Shown piece by piece: positions 27,259 to 41,115 of a stretch of DNA of 64,000 nt. The stretch comes from the human T2T-CHM13v2.0 reference genome, Homo sapiens, in assembly GCF_009914755.1 (NCBI RefSeq), contig NC_060936.1; one strand, given 5' to 3'. Within the stretch, counting starts at the first letter, position 1; every line of letters begins with the position of its first letter. The notes beneath the pieces are model-generated. The model saw only the letters and a program-made list of their open reading frames with translations. It did not search any database and was not told where the DNA came from. A program made the position numbers and the translations under genes.

Positions 27259-30200
27259 ATTCCTAGGTATTTTACATGTTTTGTAGCTATTTTAAGTGGG
27301 ATTACCTTCTGATTTCTCTTTCAGCCAGCTCACTGTTGATATGTAGAAACACTACTGGTTTTTTGTATGTTAAATTTGTTTCCTGAAACTTATTTATGAG
27401 ATCTAAGGGTGTTTTGGTAGATTCTTTAGGTTTTTCTAAATACAAGATCATCTCATATGCAAACAAGGCTAACTTGATTTTTCCTTTCCAATTTTTATGC
27501 TCTTTCTTTCTTGATCTTGCCTGAATGCTCTAAGGCTTTGTTGAATAGGAGTGGGGAAAGTGGGCATCCTTTTCTTGTTGCTGTTCTTATAGAAAAGGCT
27601 TTCGTTTTTCCATTCAATATGCTCTTATCTACAGATTTTTTGCATATAAACTTTATTGTGTTAAGATCTGTTCCTTCTATGCCTAGCTTGTTGAGAATTT
27701 TTATCATGTATGGATGTTGAATTTTTTCAAATGCCTTTTCCGTTTTTTTTGAAATGATCATACGGTTTTTGTCCTTCATTCTGTTCATATAATGTGTCAG
27801 GTATATTGATTTGTGTATACCGAACCATCCTTGCATCTCTGGGATAAAGTCCACTTAATCATGATGCATTATCTTTTTGATGTGCTGTTGGATTTAGTTT
27901 ACTAGTATTTCATTAGAGATTTTGGCATCTATGTTCATCAGGGATATTGGCTTGTAATTTTCTTTTTTTCTTGCTTATTTAGGTTTTGGTATCAGGGTAA
28001 TTCTGGCCTCATAGAATGAGCTAAGGAAAATTCTCTCTTCTTTAATTTTTTGTATAGTTTGAGGATAATTAGTGTTAGTTTTTCTTGTAAATTTGGTAGA
28101 ATTCTGCAATGAAGCCATCCAGTCCTGGACTTCTCTTTGTTTGGAGACTTTTTATTACTGATTCAATTTCATTATTAGTTATCAGTCTGTTCAGGTTTCT
28201 ACTTCTTTCTGATGAACTTTTTTGTTTCTGTAGTATTCGTTGTAATGTCTCCTTTTTATTTCTCATGTTATTTATTTGAGTCTTGTCTCTTTTCATCTTT
28301 GTTAGTCTAGCTAATAGTTTATCGTCTTTTCAAAAACCAACATTTCATTGCATTGATTTTTTGAATTTTTTTAGTTTGTATTATTTTTTAGTTCTGCTTT
28401 GGTCTTTACTACTTCTTTGTGTCTACTGATTTGGGATTTAGTTTGTTCTTGTTTTTCTAGTTCCTTGAGGTGACTTGTTAGTTTTTTTTAACTATTTCTA
28501 CTTTTTTGATGTGTGTGTTTATTGCTGTAAACTTTCCTCTTGTCACTTCTTTTGCTGTATCCCATATATTTTGGTATGTTAAGTTTCAGTTGTTATTTGT
28601 TTCAATACATTATTTTATTTCTTCCTTAACATCTTTCTTTACCAGATGGTCACTGTGGAGCATCTTGTTAATTTCCATGTATTTGTAAAGTTCCAAAGTT
28701 TCTCTTTTATTGATTTCTAGTTGTATTCCATTAAAGTCTCAGAAGATACTTGACATAGTGTCAATTTAAAAAAAAAATATGTTGAGACTTGTTTGGTGTC
28801 TAATACATAGTGTATCCTGGAGAATGTCCCATGTGCTGATGAGAACAATGTGTGTTCTCCAGCTGTAGGATGAAATGTTCCGTGAATATGTGTTAGATTC
28901 ATTTTGTCTAACATGCAGTTTAAATCCAATGTTTCATTGTTAATTATCGTTCTAGATGATTTGCCTAATGTTAAGAGTGGAGTGTTGAAGTCTCCAATTA
29001 TGATTGTTTTGGAGTCTATCCTTCTCTTTAGATTTAATAATATTTGCTTCATTTATATCAGTGCTCCAATGGTGGGTACACGTGTTTAAAATTGTTATAT
29101 TCTCTTGCTGAACTGATTTCTTTATCATTATACAATGGCCTTCTTTATCTCTTACTATTTTTACTTAAAGTCTGTTTTATTTGACATAGACGTAGCCACT
29201 CCTGCTTATTTTTGGTTTCTGTATGCATGGGGTATCTTTTTTTTCCAACCCTTTACTTTCAGTCTCTATGTTTCTTTACAGGTGAGATTAGTTTCTTTTA
29301 TGCAGCATATAGTTGGGGTCATGGTTCTTTATCCATTCAGTCAGTGTATATCTTTTGAGCGGAAAGTTTACTTCATTTACGTTGAAGGTTATTATTTATA
29401 TCTGAGGGCTTATTTCTTTATTTTATTAAGAATGAATATTGATTTCTAGTTGTTTTGTTTATTCTTTGTTCCTTTGGTTCTGCTTGTTTATCATTGTGGT
29501 TTAGTGGTTTGCTGTAGTGGTAACATTAAGTCCTTTCTCTTCCTCATTCTTGTGTTTGCTTTACCAGAGTGTTTTATATTTTTATGGGTTTTCATGATGG
29601 TAGATAGTGTCCTTTCACTTCCATGTTTAGGACTCCTTTAAGCATTTCTTGCAAGGTCACTCAAGTGGTGATGAATTCCCTTAGCTTTTGCTTATCTGGA
29701 AAAGACTGTATTTCTCCCTGTACCCAACAAGGATAGCTTTGATGGGTATAGTATTCTTGACTGACAGTTTTTTTTTTTTTCTTTCAGCACTTTGAATATA
29801 TCGTTCCATGATCTTCTGTCCTGTAAGGTTTCTGCTGAAAAACCTGCTGTTAGTCTTATATGGGTTTTCTTAACAAATGACTAGGTGCTTTTCTCTTGCC
29901 ATTTTTATAATTCTCTCTTTGTCTTTTCATTTAACAGTTTGGGTATATTGTCCAATATAGTGATAAGACCTTTTTGTACTTTATCTGTCTTGGGATCTAT
30001 GAGCTTCCTGTATCTGGATGTCTAAATCTCTTGCTAGACTTAGGAGCAATAATTCAGCTATTATTTTGTTAGGTAGGTCTTCTCTCCCTTTTTGTCTTTT
30101 CCTTTGGCTTCTGGGACACCAACAATGTGAATATTTGGTTACTTTATGGTGTTCCATTTTACAAAGAAGGCTTTGTTCATTCTTTTTTATTCTTTGTTTA

Positions 30201-31905
30201 AATTTTTGTGTGACTGGGTTATTTCAAAAGGCCTGTCTTCAAGTTCTAAAATTCTTTCTTCTGCTACCCTAGATTGTTTAAACTTTGAAATATATTTTGC
30301 ATTTCAGTTAATGAATTCTTCAGTTCCAGAATTTCTGTTTGGTTCTTTTTTATGACATGGATCTTTTTGGGAAATTTCTCCTTCATATCTTGTTTTTTGT
30401 TTATTTATTTAAACTGTTTTTCTGAGTTACCTTTCTTGTATCTTCTGTTATTCTGAGCTTCTTTAATGACATTATATTGAATTCTTTATCTAAATTTTCA
30501 TAAATTTTTTGTTCATTGGCATCTGTTGCTTGATAATGACTGTATTCCTTTGGAGGTGTCATTTTTCCTTGCTTTTTCAAATTTTTTATATCCTTACACT
30601 GACACCTGCACATCTGGTGTAACCATCACCTCTTCCAATTTTTAACATTTGCTTTCATAGAGAAGGAATTTTTCTTGAAGGTGTTTCTATGGTGTTGATT
30701 GGACAAGGAACTTTGGCTTTGATTCTGGGTGTATGCAGTATTGTAGTCTCCATATGATTTCTTTGGCTATATGCAGTGTCAGTAGCATTTATGATTTCTT
30801 TGGTTGCTTAGGATGCAGTTGTTAGCAGAGGCTGTGATGAAGTTTTGCCAGGGATGAGGACATTAGGTAGGCCAGTCCTTGAGCCCAGTGGTGGCAGCAG
30901 CAGACTGAGCCTACCTGTCCTTGGGCCCCAGGGCAGTATTTGCTGGCATCAGTGGTAGGAACATCTAATGTTTCTTTGTTAGTTTTCTAGTATCATGCTT
31001 GGGTACTTGGGGAGGGGGTGGAGCTAGACTAAGAAGGCCAGTCCTCAAGTCCCCTAGTAGTGCGTACAGGTTCTGGCTGTGGCAGGCAGGGGCAGTGTGA
31101 TCCCCAAGCCCTGATGGAATGCTTGGGAGACAGGAACAGCAGCAGCGGTGCTGCAGTCTTGCTCCTGGGGATGATAGGGTTGCTTTTGGTGGCAGCAGCT
31201 ATAAACAGGAGGCTGGGGAGCACATGCTTCAGCCCCAGGTGGTGGCTATAAGTAGGGTAGCCTTTCCTTGGGGCACCTTTAAATATATGGCAGCCCTGTG
31301 ACTGGGAGCAGTGGGTTTGCTGCCAATGGCTCACATTTTGTCCCTGGTGGCAGCAGCCAGCAGCAGTGCCCAGCTGCATGCAGGAAATGAACATGGGGCT
31401 TCTGGGATATAAAGACAAAGGAGTCATTGATCCCCAAGACAGAATGCAGTCTGGTGGTTGATAAGCTCTCAAAATAGTGACTTTGTGGAGTTGCTTAGAA
31501 CCTGGAAGGTATATAGGACCTGACATGAGCTTCCTCTAGAGCAATGCCATCACACAGTGTCCAGGCAGCTCTCTATGCTAGTCTTAGGGTCCATTTGGGT
31601 TGAGGGGCTCTCCCATGGCCAGGATTGCAGAAGTCTATGGTGAGGATGTGAACGGCTAGAGATCACTCACTTACTCTTTCCCCACACTGGGGAGTCTCTC
31701 CAGGCTCCCAGCCAATCCTGGCCATGCAGGCTGCTTCACTTCCCTCTCCTCCCTTGCTTTAGGTGTTTCCTATCACTTCTCTGTTGAATTCCAGCATTCT
31801 GCCTTAGGTGATCTATTCAATATGTGAGTATCTACTTGCTATTTTGGTTCTTCTTTGCGGAGAAGGCAGATACCAGATGCAGTTAGTCACCCACTTTGAA
31901 GCCTT
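27259..31905 (-). mobile_element. Older L1 (L1M1/L1PB-era): 5'UTR, ORF1 and 5' part of ORF2; 3' end missing
   Basis: ORF remnants [10 protein letters not shown] (27495-27854), SPGLDGFIAEFYQ and IIIGDFNTPL; ORF1 remnant 30401-30613; 5' terminus ...TTTGAAGCC near 31900. Confidence 0.85.
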
Positions 31906-31944
31906 CCCTGAGCTGAATCTGAAGGGAAAGTAGGAGTGAGTTAG

Positions 31945-32285
31945 GCACTTGCCTCAGGCACATAACTTAAGGAGTGCCAAAATACTCAGTAATCAATATA
32001 AATGATATTTCAATGCCATATTTTTTAAAAGTTGCATGGCAAACTATAGTCTTCAGGTTGACCACTTGTTTTAGTAACGTTTTATTGGAACAAGGGCCAC
32101 GATTAGGGTGAGGCAGGATCATGGAAATGTGGGATCAGATTCCATCTGTATTACAGTATTTGTTCATCATGAATTTTTAAGTTAACCTCTTAAAATATTG
32201 CATTAAATGTGCCAGTTATCTTGATTTCTGAATTTTAGTACCCTCTTAAATTTTGCACCTGAGATGAGTGCCTTACCTTGGTTAA
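31945..32285. mobile_element. MER96B-like palindromic hAT-Tip100 MITE relic
   Basis: Inverted arms GGCACTTGCCTCAGGCAC...CTCAGTAATCAA and TCTTGATTTCTGA...TTAAATTTTGCACCTGAGATGAGTGCC. Confidence 0.6.
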
Positions 32286-32701
32286 CAAGGTGGAGAAAAG
32301 GACCCAGAAGTTAAGGCAGACATTCTAGAAAGACAGAGCAGCATATTTGAAAGATCACTGCATGTCATGGAATGCTTTGTTCAAAGGAAATGCAAAGATG
32401 ACTCCAAGGCATCAAAGGGAACAGGAGGGAAAATGGCAGGAGACACAGAGAAGCAACTTGGAGTCAGATCTTGAACTACATGTCCAAGCCTAAAATCACT
32501 AAAATTCTGGAAATGCATTAAAATTTTTCATTAGAAGGTTGATGGGATAATATTTTTGTTGAGAAAAAAAATATAACTCTGGAAAGAGTTGATATTGAGG
32601 TATTTAAGAAACTATTGCAATCACAGTCTAGAAATTATTTATGTGGTGATGTGAACTAAAGAGAAGAAGATAGTGGGAATAGAAAGAAAAGGGCTTATTT
32701 G

Positions 32702-33005
<304 letters not shown>

Positions 33006-33280
33006 TTATTTGATGGGCATTTAGAAGATGGAGGAAAGCTGAATGAATATTGATAACTAATCTATAGTTTTCTTTTCCTTCTCTATAGGAAAGATAGTAA
33101 CTACATTCACCAACACGTTACACAGGAAGAAGAACAGGTCTGGGGAAGATGATGATGAGTTCAGGGTGGACATGGGAAATGTAAAGTTCAGACAAGAGGT
33201 ATACATAGGGATATCATCAAAGGATTACTACAATCATGGAGAGAAAGTCCAAAAATCTGTTGGAATGATAGAGATGATAC

Positions 33281-33797
33281 CGTGTCCGTAATTTGTTCCT
33301 TCTGGTGGGTTCTTGGTCTTGCTGACTTCAAGAATGAAGCTGTGGACCTTCACTATGAGTGAACAGTTCTTACAGATGGTATGTCCAGAGTTTCTTCCTT
33401 CCCATGTTCAGGTGTGTCCAGAGTTTATTCCTTCCAGTGGGTCCGTGGTCTCACTGACTTCAGGAGTGAAGCCGTGGACCTTCTCAGCAAGTGTCACAGC
33501 TCCTAAAGGTGGTGCGGACCCAAAGAGTGAGCAGCAAGATTTATTGCGAAGAGTGAAAGAACAAAGCTCCCAGAGTGTGTGGAACGGGACCCCAGTGGGT
33601 TGCAGCTGCTGGCTCCAGTGGCCAGCTTTTATTCCCTTATTTGGCCCCACCCACATCTTGCTGATTGGTCCATTTTACAGAGTGCTGATTGGTCCGTTTT
33701 TACAGAGTGCTGATTGGTGCGTTTACAAACCTTTAGCTAGACAGAAAAGTTCTCCAAGTCCCCACCGGACGGAGAAGCCCGTCTGCTTCTCCTCTCA
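33281..33797 (-). mobile_element. LTR12-family (HERV9) short solo LTR
   Basis: CTGACTTCAAGAATGAAGC and CTGACTTCAGGAGTGAAGCC repeats; tandem CTGATTGG blocks; 4-bp flanks ATAC / ATAT. Confidence 0.88.
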
Positions 33798-34622
33798 ATA
33801 TGGCCAGGCAGCAAACTTAGTCTTTCATCTCGAAGGAGTCAGGTTGGGCAATGAGATCAATGTGAAGCTTTGGAAACCTGCATGGTACAAGAGACTGTAA
33901 ACCTCCGAGTGTCTACTAGCGCCAGGGCTCCCTTTGGATAACAGTTGCCCTAGGTGAGTCTTTGTAAAGTTGCAAAGCCTTAGATAATGTGATACTGCCA
34001 CTTCCATCATGACTGAAGGAACCCGGTTTTGGTGCCCAAAGCTGAAACAACTGTGGATACTGGTGAGAGAGGTCAATTATCAGAGAGGTACTTTGGTACC
34101 AAACTCCTCCCTGAAAGTTCTTTTTAATGTGAGACAGTGACAAAATGCCCCTAGTCAGATGTCCTGGAATTAAATTGCACACAAAAAAGGCAACAGGGAT
34201 TAATGATATTAACCATTCTTATGAAACAATAAAATAACTAGGGCACTTAGGGAGCTATTGTATTTTGATTAGCAATGAGCTATTGATTCAGTTCTCCCTG
34301 ATGCCTGCTGTAGGTACCCACCGGCCTCGGAAGCCTCAGGACCCAGCCTAACTCCATAGTGCTAAAATAGATTTTGGTGGTTTCTCACTTCTTGGTAATT
34401 CTCATAAATCCCCACCATTTCATATAGCTTGGGCAGGTCTCTTCCTTTCACCCTGAAAGACTACAGGTTATGTAAGCACCATTTTACAGGAGAAGTCAGA
34501 AGGCCAAAGTCGGAGGGGCAGGTTAGCGTCAGAAACCAGCACAGACAAAATTCATCCAACAATGACTTAAGTCACTTCTCTGTGCCTCATTTTTGTAACC
34601 TACAAAATCAGGATAATCATAG

Positions 34623-35252
34623 TTTTCCCAGACCAAAATGAGAGTCAGGCTGCTATTTCTTGTGGCCCAATGATGAGATGCAGATGAACTGCGGAGGAAG
34701 AGAGTTTTTATTTCTCCAACCAGTTACAGGGAGAAGGCCTGGAAATTATCATCAGACCAACTCAAAATTACAAAGTTTTTCAGAGCTTATATACTTTCTA
34801 AGTCTATGTGTAAGTGTGCATTCATCAAAAGACATGGGTGATTAACTTCTTTTAATCTATAACTAAGGTCTCAGTCCTAAAGAGCTTCCTCTGGAGCCTC
34901 AGTAAATTTACTTAATTAAAATGAGTTCAGATGCTGGGGTGATTACCCTTATCTTGTCTCCTTGTATGATTGTCTCCAAATCACGGAGGTTTGGGGAGTT
35001 CCTTCAGACCCCCAATAAACTTGTTTGTAGAGCCCTAGGGACTTTCTACAGACCCACAATAAAGCTTGTTTAATCCTACATGGGTCCTGTTAATAATTCC
35101 TTCCCAGGAAACAGCCTAGGCAAAATTCTTGGTGGGCTTTTGTTACACCTCAGCCTTTGTATAAGGGCACTGGCTTTTAATATTTAACTTAACCACTCAG
35201 TACTGAAACAGTTGTTATGGAGGCCTGCGTTGGTGAGACCTGGCATGCCACA
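34623..35252 (-). mobile_element. ERV1 solo LTR (LTR15-like) splitting a MIR
   Basis: Minus strand begins TGTGGCATGCCAGGTCTCACCAACGCAGGCCTCCATAACAACTG; MIR halves flank it; flanks ATAG / ACAG. Confidence 0.7.
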
Positions 35253-35737
35253 ACAGTACCTTCTGTATAGCATTGTTACGAGGATTAAATAAATTAATAT
35301 ATATAATGTCTTTAGAGGCAGGGACAAAGTAAACATTATGTAAGGATCTATTAAAAATAAAACAGGAGTTGGCTTTTTTATTGACTTGTATTGGCCCATT
35401 TCCCCCTTTAGAGGAGTCTGAGGTACTGTGTTGTTTCAGACACACATCATAGCTAAAGTTAGCTGATTGCCGACTATACACCTAGACTAGAAAATTGTTC
35501 AATTGACCCTATAGTTAGGCTTTCTCAATTTGGTTTATTTAACAGTGATACTCAGGACTGCCAACACATACATTCTGGATTTGGTGAACCTGGACAAAAA
35601 ACAAGTTGTGCCTCCACTGAATCTTTGCTTCTTAAGATTACCTGTAGGGAGATAAATATCATTCCGGGCTGGTATAGTTTCTAATAAAGACAGCAATCAT
35701 CAGTTACAGAACATATCTCAAAGTGAAGAAACAACTA

Positions 35738-36103
35738 CAGTTATGTACCACATGACATTTCAATCAACAACATACTGCACATATGATGGTGGTCCCATAA
35801 GATTAAAATATCACATTTTTACCGCACTTTTTCTATGTTTAGACATTCAAATACTTACCATTGTGATATAATTGCCTACAGTATTCAGTACAGTAACCTG
35901 CTTTATAGGTTTATAACATAAGAGCAATAGGCTATACCATATAGCCTAGGTGTATAGTAGGCTATACCATATAGCCTAGGTGTATAGTAGGCTATTCCAT
36001 CTAGGTTTGTGTAAGTACACTCCGTGATGTTCACATACACACACAAAAAAATGCATAAAAACACATTTCTCAGAATATATTCCCATCAAGTGACACATGA
36101 CTG
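35738..36103 (-). mobile_element. Tigger3a-like DNA transposon
   Basis: TA|CAGTTATG...CATGACTG|TA termini with TA TSD; GCCTACAGTATTCAGTACAGTAAC core; 30-bp tandem duplication at 35941-36000. Confidence 0.85.
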
Positions 36104-37464
36104 TATTAGCAAAATTAATTGCAGTGTGTTTATTGTGTTTTATTACTATAGACTAGTTTTGTGTTTGATAATACATCCTCTTTGATTCTTTTTATAAGCC
36201 ATGTGGTTTCTGATTCTAAATTATTTCTTCTAATTAATGTATACACAATTTATTTGATACAATTTTTGTTTGATCAGAAAGAAAAAGGAAAAAGTCCATT
36301 GAGACATGACTATACTTTATCCACTATGCTATTCACTGTTACTTACATTTTTGTCATTTCATATTCATTGCAAGTTTAGAAAGTTAGCATTATCATTCCC
36401 ATTTTTAGAGATGAGAAAAGAGAGATAATGAGAGCAAGGGTTAAAAGCAAGCAAGCAAGAGGGAAAGAGAAAAAGATAAATTAGAATTTTTTTACTTCTC
36501 TTATAATATTGCATCAAGATCATATTAAATTTGAAAACTTTTTTTTACACATTTTCATAAATTATGAAGTTTAAATTAAAGGTGAAATAACTGAGATAAT
36601 GTGGTGTTTTGTTTTGCACTTCACATTTATTTTTTGATTCTAGACACTTGTCTTCTATAATCTCCCAGGGAGAATTCACTCAGCCTAACAGTGGTAAAAG
36701 CTTGATTTTTGACATCTTTTCCTCCCACTACGCTCAAATTTCTTCAAGAATGAGGGCACAGAATTGCTCTAGAACAAAGATTTAGTGCTGTATTTGAAGA
36801 TAACTTAATTCTAACCAATTTAGAGCCTATCAATTTAGGGTTAACAGAAGGTCCTTGTAGGACATGTGACTTCTTGTTTAAAAACACTCGGGGCTTTTGA
36901 TAATGCCACTGTTCTGATACAATCAGAAATTTTACTGAAGCAAACAAAAAGGGGAAAAGGAAAAGTTATCCATTTTTGACCTTTTTTTAACTTTCCAGAT
37001 TTAGTTGAGTTGTATCCTTGTTTTTAAGGATCTAAGTGTATGAATTGAGAGGAGCTGCTCTTTTACCCAGTGCACTCAGTGAAAAAAAAAACTCCAAAAC
37101 TTCTTAGTTCAACAAAGCAAAACTGGTGATCAGAAATGTCAAAATTATTATATCTTAGCTCCTCTTTCTTATATATTTGTCCTTTGGTTTAGCCATTTAA
37201 AAGCACTAACAAAATATAAAAGCTACTACATACAATTTTCAACTGATAATTATATTGTTTTTGTTGAAATTTAAAAAATGAAATCTACCTAATTTATGCA
37301 AAATAAAAACAATAATAAGAAATACTTTTATGGGAATACTGATGTATTTATTAGAATTCAGGAAAGAATAAAAAACCTAAGGAAAGAGTAAGAACCTAGG
37401 AAGCTCCAGACAACTAGTAACAGAAATTAATGGATTTTCTAGAATATTCTCTAGAGTTGCTGAG

Positions 37465-37826
37465 TGATATGGTTTGGCTTTGTGCCCCCACCTAAATGTC
37501 ATCTTGAATTGTATCCCATAATCCCCACATGTCATGAGAGGGAACTGGTGGGAAGTAATTCAATCATGGAGGCGATTCCCCCCCATGCTGTTCTCATGAT
37601 AGTGAGTGAGTTCTCACAGGATCTGATGTTTTTATAAGGGGCTTCGCCCTTTGCTCTAAACTCGTTTTCTCGCCTGCCACCCTGTGAAGAGGTGCCTTCC
37701 GCTACAATTGTAAGTTTCATGAGGTTTCCCAGCCATGCAGAACTGTGAGCCAATTAAACCTCTTTTCTTTATAAATTACCCAGTCTCAGGTATTTCCTCA
37801 CTGCAGTGTGAGAACAGACTAATACA
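37465..37826 (+). mobile_element. THE1 (C/D-like) MaLR solo LTR
   Basis: TGATATGGTTTGGCT...CAGACTAATACA with exact 5-bp TSD CTGAG. Confidence 0.92.
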
Positions 37827-37999
37827 CTGAGCTTCCAGAAACTTTCAGAGCCTGTGTCTTTTGGTTCAGAAATCCAAATTTCTGGAAGGGAAAAATCTAA
37901 TTGGTCTAGCTAAAATCAGGTGATCACTCTTGGATCAGTCAGCTCTGATCACAAGGGTAGGGTCTTAACATCCTGCTTAAAATCCTTCCTTGTACTGCC

Positions 38000-38470
38000 C
38001 TACTTCTTATCAAGTCCACATATCCTACCCAAACCTATGAGGACTTAGATCATCTGATGCCAGTCTGCTGTCCAAACTCATCTCAAACCACAGACCCAGG
38101 TACCCCTTTGGACTTGTTCTCCTTGCCTAGAGCTTACTCAATCTTTTTCTCATCCTTTAAATACCAACCAAAATGTCATTCCACAGAGGTGTTATTTGAA
38201 GCCCCAGATCTAAACTGAGTTTCCCTTTTATTCTCTCTCATAGAATCCTGTTGTTTTCCTTCATAAGACTTATCACAATTGGTTATCAGATGTTTATTTG
38301 CCAGTGGGGAGGAGGAGAGGTTAGTTCTTTAATGTCTGTCGTCTCTCTCTACAATCTGTAAGAGGGTAGGGATTTCAATTATTTTGTCTTGGTTTCAAAA
38401 CTGGTACCCTGCCTGGCACGTGGCAAAAGGTCCATGAATATTTGCTCTGAATAAATAAATAAATGAGTAA
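38000..38470 (+). mobile_element. L2 3' end
   Basis: TGCCTGGCACGTGG...AATATTTGCTCTGAATAAATAAATAAATG. Confidence 0.6.
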
Positions 38471-39325
38471 TGACAGAGGATCATCCGTATGTATCAGGGC
38501 AGTTCTCAAAGAGGGAAATTGAGGATCACATTTCATGATATCTAGCACATGAACAGGAAGACATCTAACTCACGAATTGAAAGTTTGAAGAGGGAATTGG
38601 CAGAATCTTTACCCAAAGATGATTAATATTCAATATTTTACAAATACAGCTAAATACAGCTATTTTTTAGTCAAACTTGATAGTATTTATTTGGAGAGAT
38701 GTAGGTAGGGAGAGGATTTCTTTTGACTTACATATGTGAAACACTAGAGTTAGATAGCTTTTGTAATGATGTATGGAGATAAAGAAGATTACTGAGGTAT
38801 AACATGCCTTTGAGACATGAAATTCAGAAGAGTATGAAACAGTAATTATTAAGAACAAAGCTGAAAACTTCACTTTTTCTGCTTGGAAAATGTATGAAGG
38901 GAAGACTGTAGAAAATTGTGTGATTATGTATTTAATAGCAGATTTGGTCCTGACCTAAGTAATGGAGAACAAAAAAAATGACAATTTGTATTGGCACCCA
39001 GTTGTCTAATGGAATTCTAGGCCTGGAAAATGCAGGCCCAAGCCAGAATATATTAATTGTGACATGTAGATATCTTGAAAAGCACGTGTTGATGGGAAAC
39101 CAGCCCTTTCACCCTTTCTCCTTAACGCCTATTTTCAAATTCCAAATAATTATAGAAGGTGATTAGGAGAGGGATTTCTGAATCCCAGCTGTACCCCATT
39201 CCAAGGGAATGAGATTGTGTAGTGGGTCATTTGTTAAGTAGAATTTGTGCTGTGGAATGACTACAGTCATCCAAGCCATCATACATTTACAAGAATGACC
39301 CAATGGTCTTCTTTCACCAAAACCT

Positions 39326-39409
39326 ATTAGGTGGTAGTGCAAAAGTAATTGCGGTTTTTGCCGTTTACATTTAATGGCAAAAGCTGCAATTACTTTTGCA
39401 CCAGTTTAA
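39326..39409. mobile_element. MADE1 (Hsmar1-derived palindromic MITE)
   Basis: GTGCAAAAGTAATTGCGGTTTTTGCC...GGCAAAAGCTGCAATTACTTTTGCAC inverted arms. Confidence 0.9.
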
Positions 39410-39505
39410 CACATTGCACCATCATGGGTCATGGGGGGAAGCCACATTGCTTGTGACCACAGCAAAAAGAAGAGTAAAACCTGAGTTAATATTATACCCA
39501 TTCTT

Positions 39506-39810
39506 GGCCACGTGCAGTGGCTGCAGTGGCTCACACCTGTAATCCCTGTGCATTGGGAGACAAAGACAGGAGGATCCCTTGAGGCCAGGAGTTTGAGACC
39601 AGCCTGGACAATATAGTGAGAACCCATCTGTACGAAAAAATAATAAAACTTAGCTGGGTGTGGTGGTGCATGCCACTAGTCCCAGCTACTTGGGAGGTTG
39701 ATGTGGAAGGATGACAAGCACATGAGTTCAATGATGCAGTAAGCTATGACCATGCCACTGCATTCCAGCCTGGGCAACAGAACAAGACCCTGCCTCTAAA
39801 AGAAAAAAAA
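39506..39810 (+). mobile_element. AluJ
   Basis: GGAGGATCCCTTGAGGCCAGGAG; diverged dimer; TSD-like TTATA(C/T)CCATTCT. Confidence 0.88.
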
Positions 39811-40792
39811 TTCTTATATCCATTCTGTTGTGCCTATCAGTCCTTGTGTAATGATTTGGGCCCAATACTTATGGCCAAATTCTATTGGACTCATGCTCTT
39901 CCTTGAGCCAGGTCAGACACCTGCTGAGCATCCCACCTCCTTACCTGGTCCTCTGCCCCTTCTACCAATTCTTAGGTTCAGGGTAATGGTTGAAAATCTT
40001 GTATTGATGCTTAGCACTTCTCTTCATTGGTCTTTTGCTTATACAATCTAAGAGTGATCTTGAACCCAAGCAAGGGTTTTCTTCCTTAGGATTTGCCTTC
40101 CAGAGGGTTCTACATATCACAATTGCACACACAAAAAACAATTATTAAAGGATGCAAGGTCACTGAGAATCCAGCATTCATTGCTGGCACTTTACTGACG
40201 TATAATCCCAAACATCCACTCTCATGGTAAATACCACTCAGGTCCCAGAAAATACTGTCCACATATCTCTTACCATTCATCTTCAAAACACAATACAACT
40301 ACATCTGAATGACGTGAAGGTTCTGGGTTGTGCCATTGCATCAGAGAGGGACACTGCTTTGAAATGTGATGAGGATTTAAGTCACAGAAGCACTTAGATA
40401 ACAGAAAAGATAAAATAATTATCAAATCCTGACTCTCACAGACCATGAACGCAGTAAACTACGCATGAAGTGTCTTTTCTTTGAAGTGCTGAAAGGTAAA
40501 TGTTTCCTTTCCCTTTATGCTCTAATTTCTGGTTCCATATCAGTGTAGTATTTGCAACAGTTGCTTTTCATGGCTGAGGAAAATTGCTCATATTATGAAA
40601 TCCACATTACTCTTAAATTTGTATATATGTACATCTCAGTGTAACACTGAAGCATGTTACTGGTTTGATTTTTTTTCTTGCCTTGGCAACTAGAGAAAGT
40701 TCAACACTAGAATTGAGAATACTTTTATTTGTATAAAACTTCTTAATGAGATTTATTAGATATTTCAAAACAATAAAATATAATTAGCTTTA

Positions 40793-41115
<323 letters not shown>

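Noticed and set aside
33313-33900. 195-aa ORF
   Set aside because: Antisense reading of LTR12, with a non-ATG start
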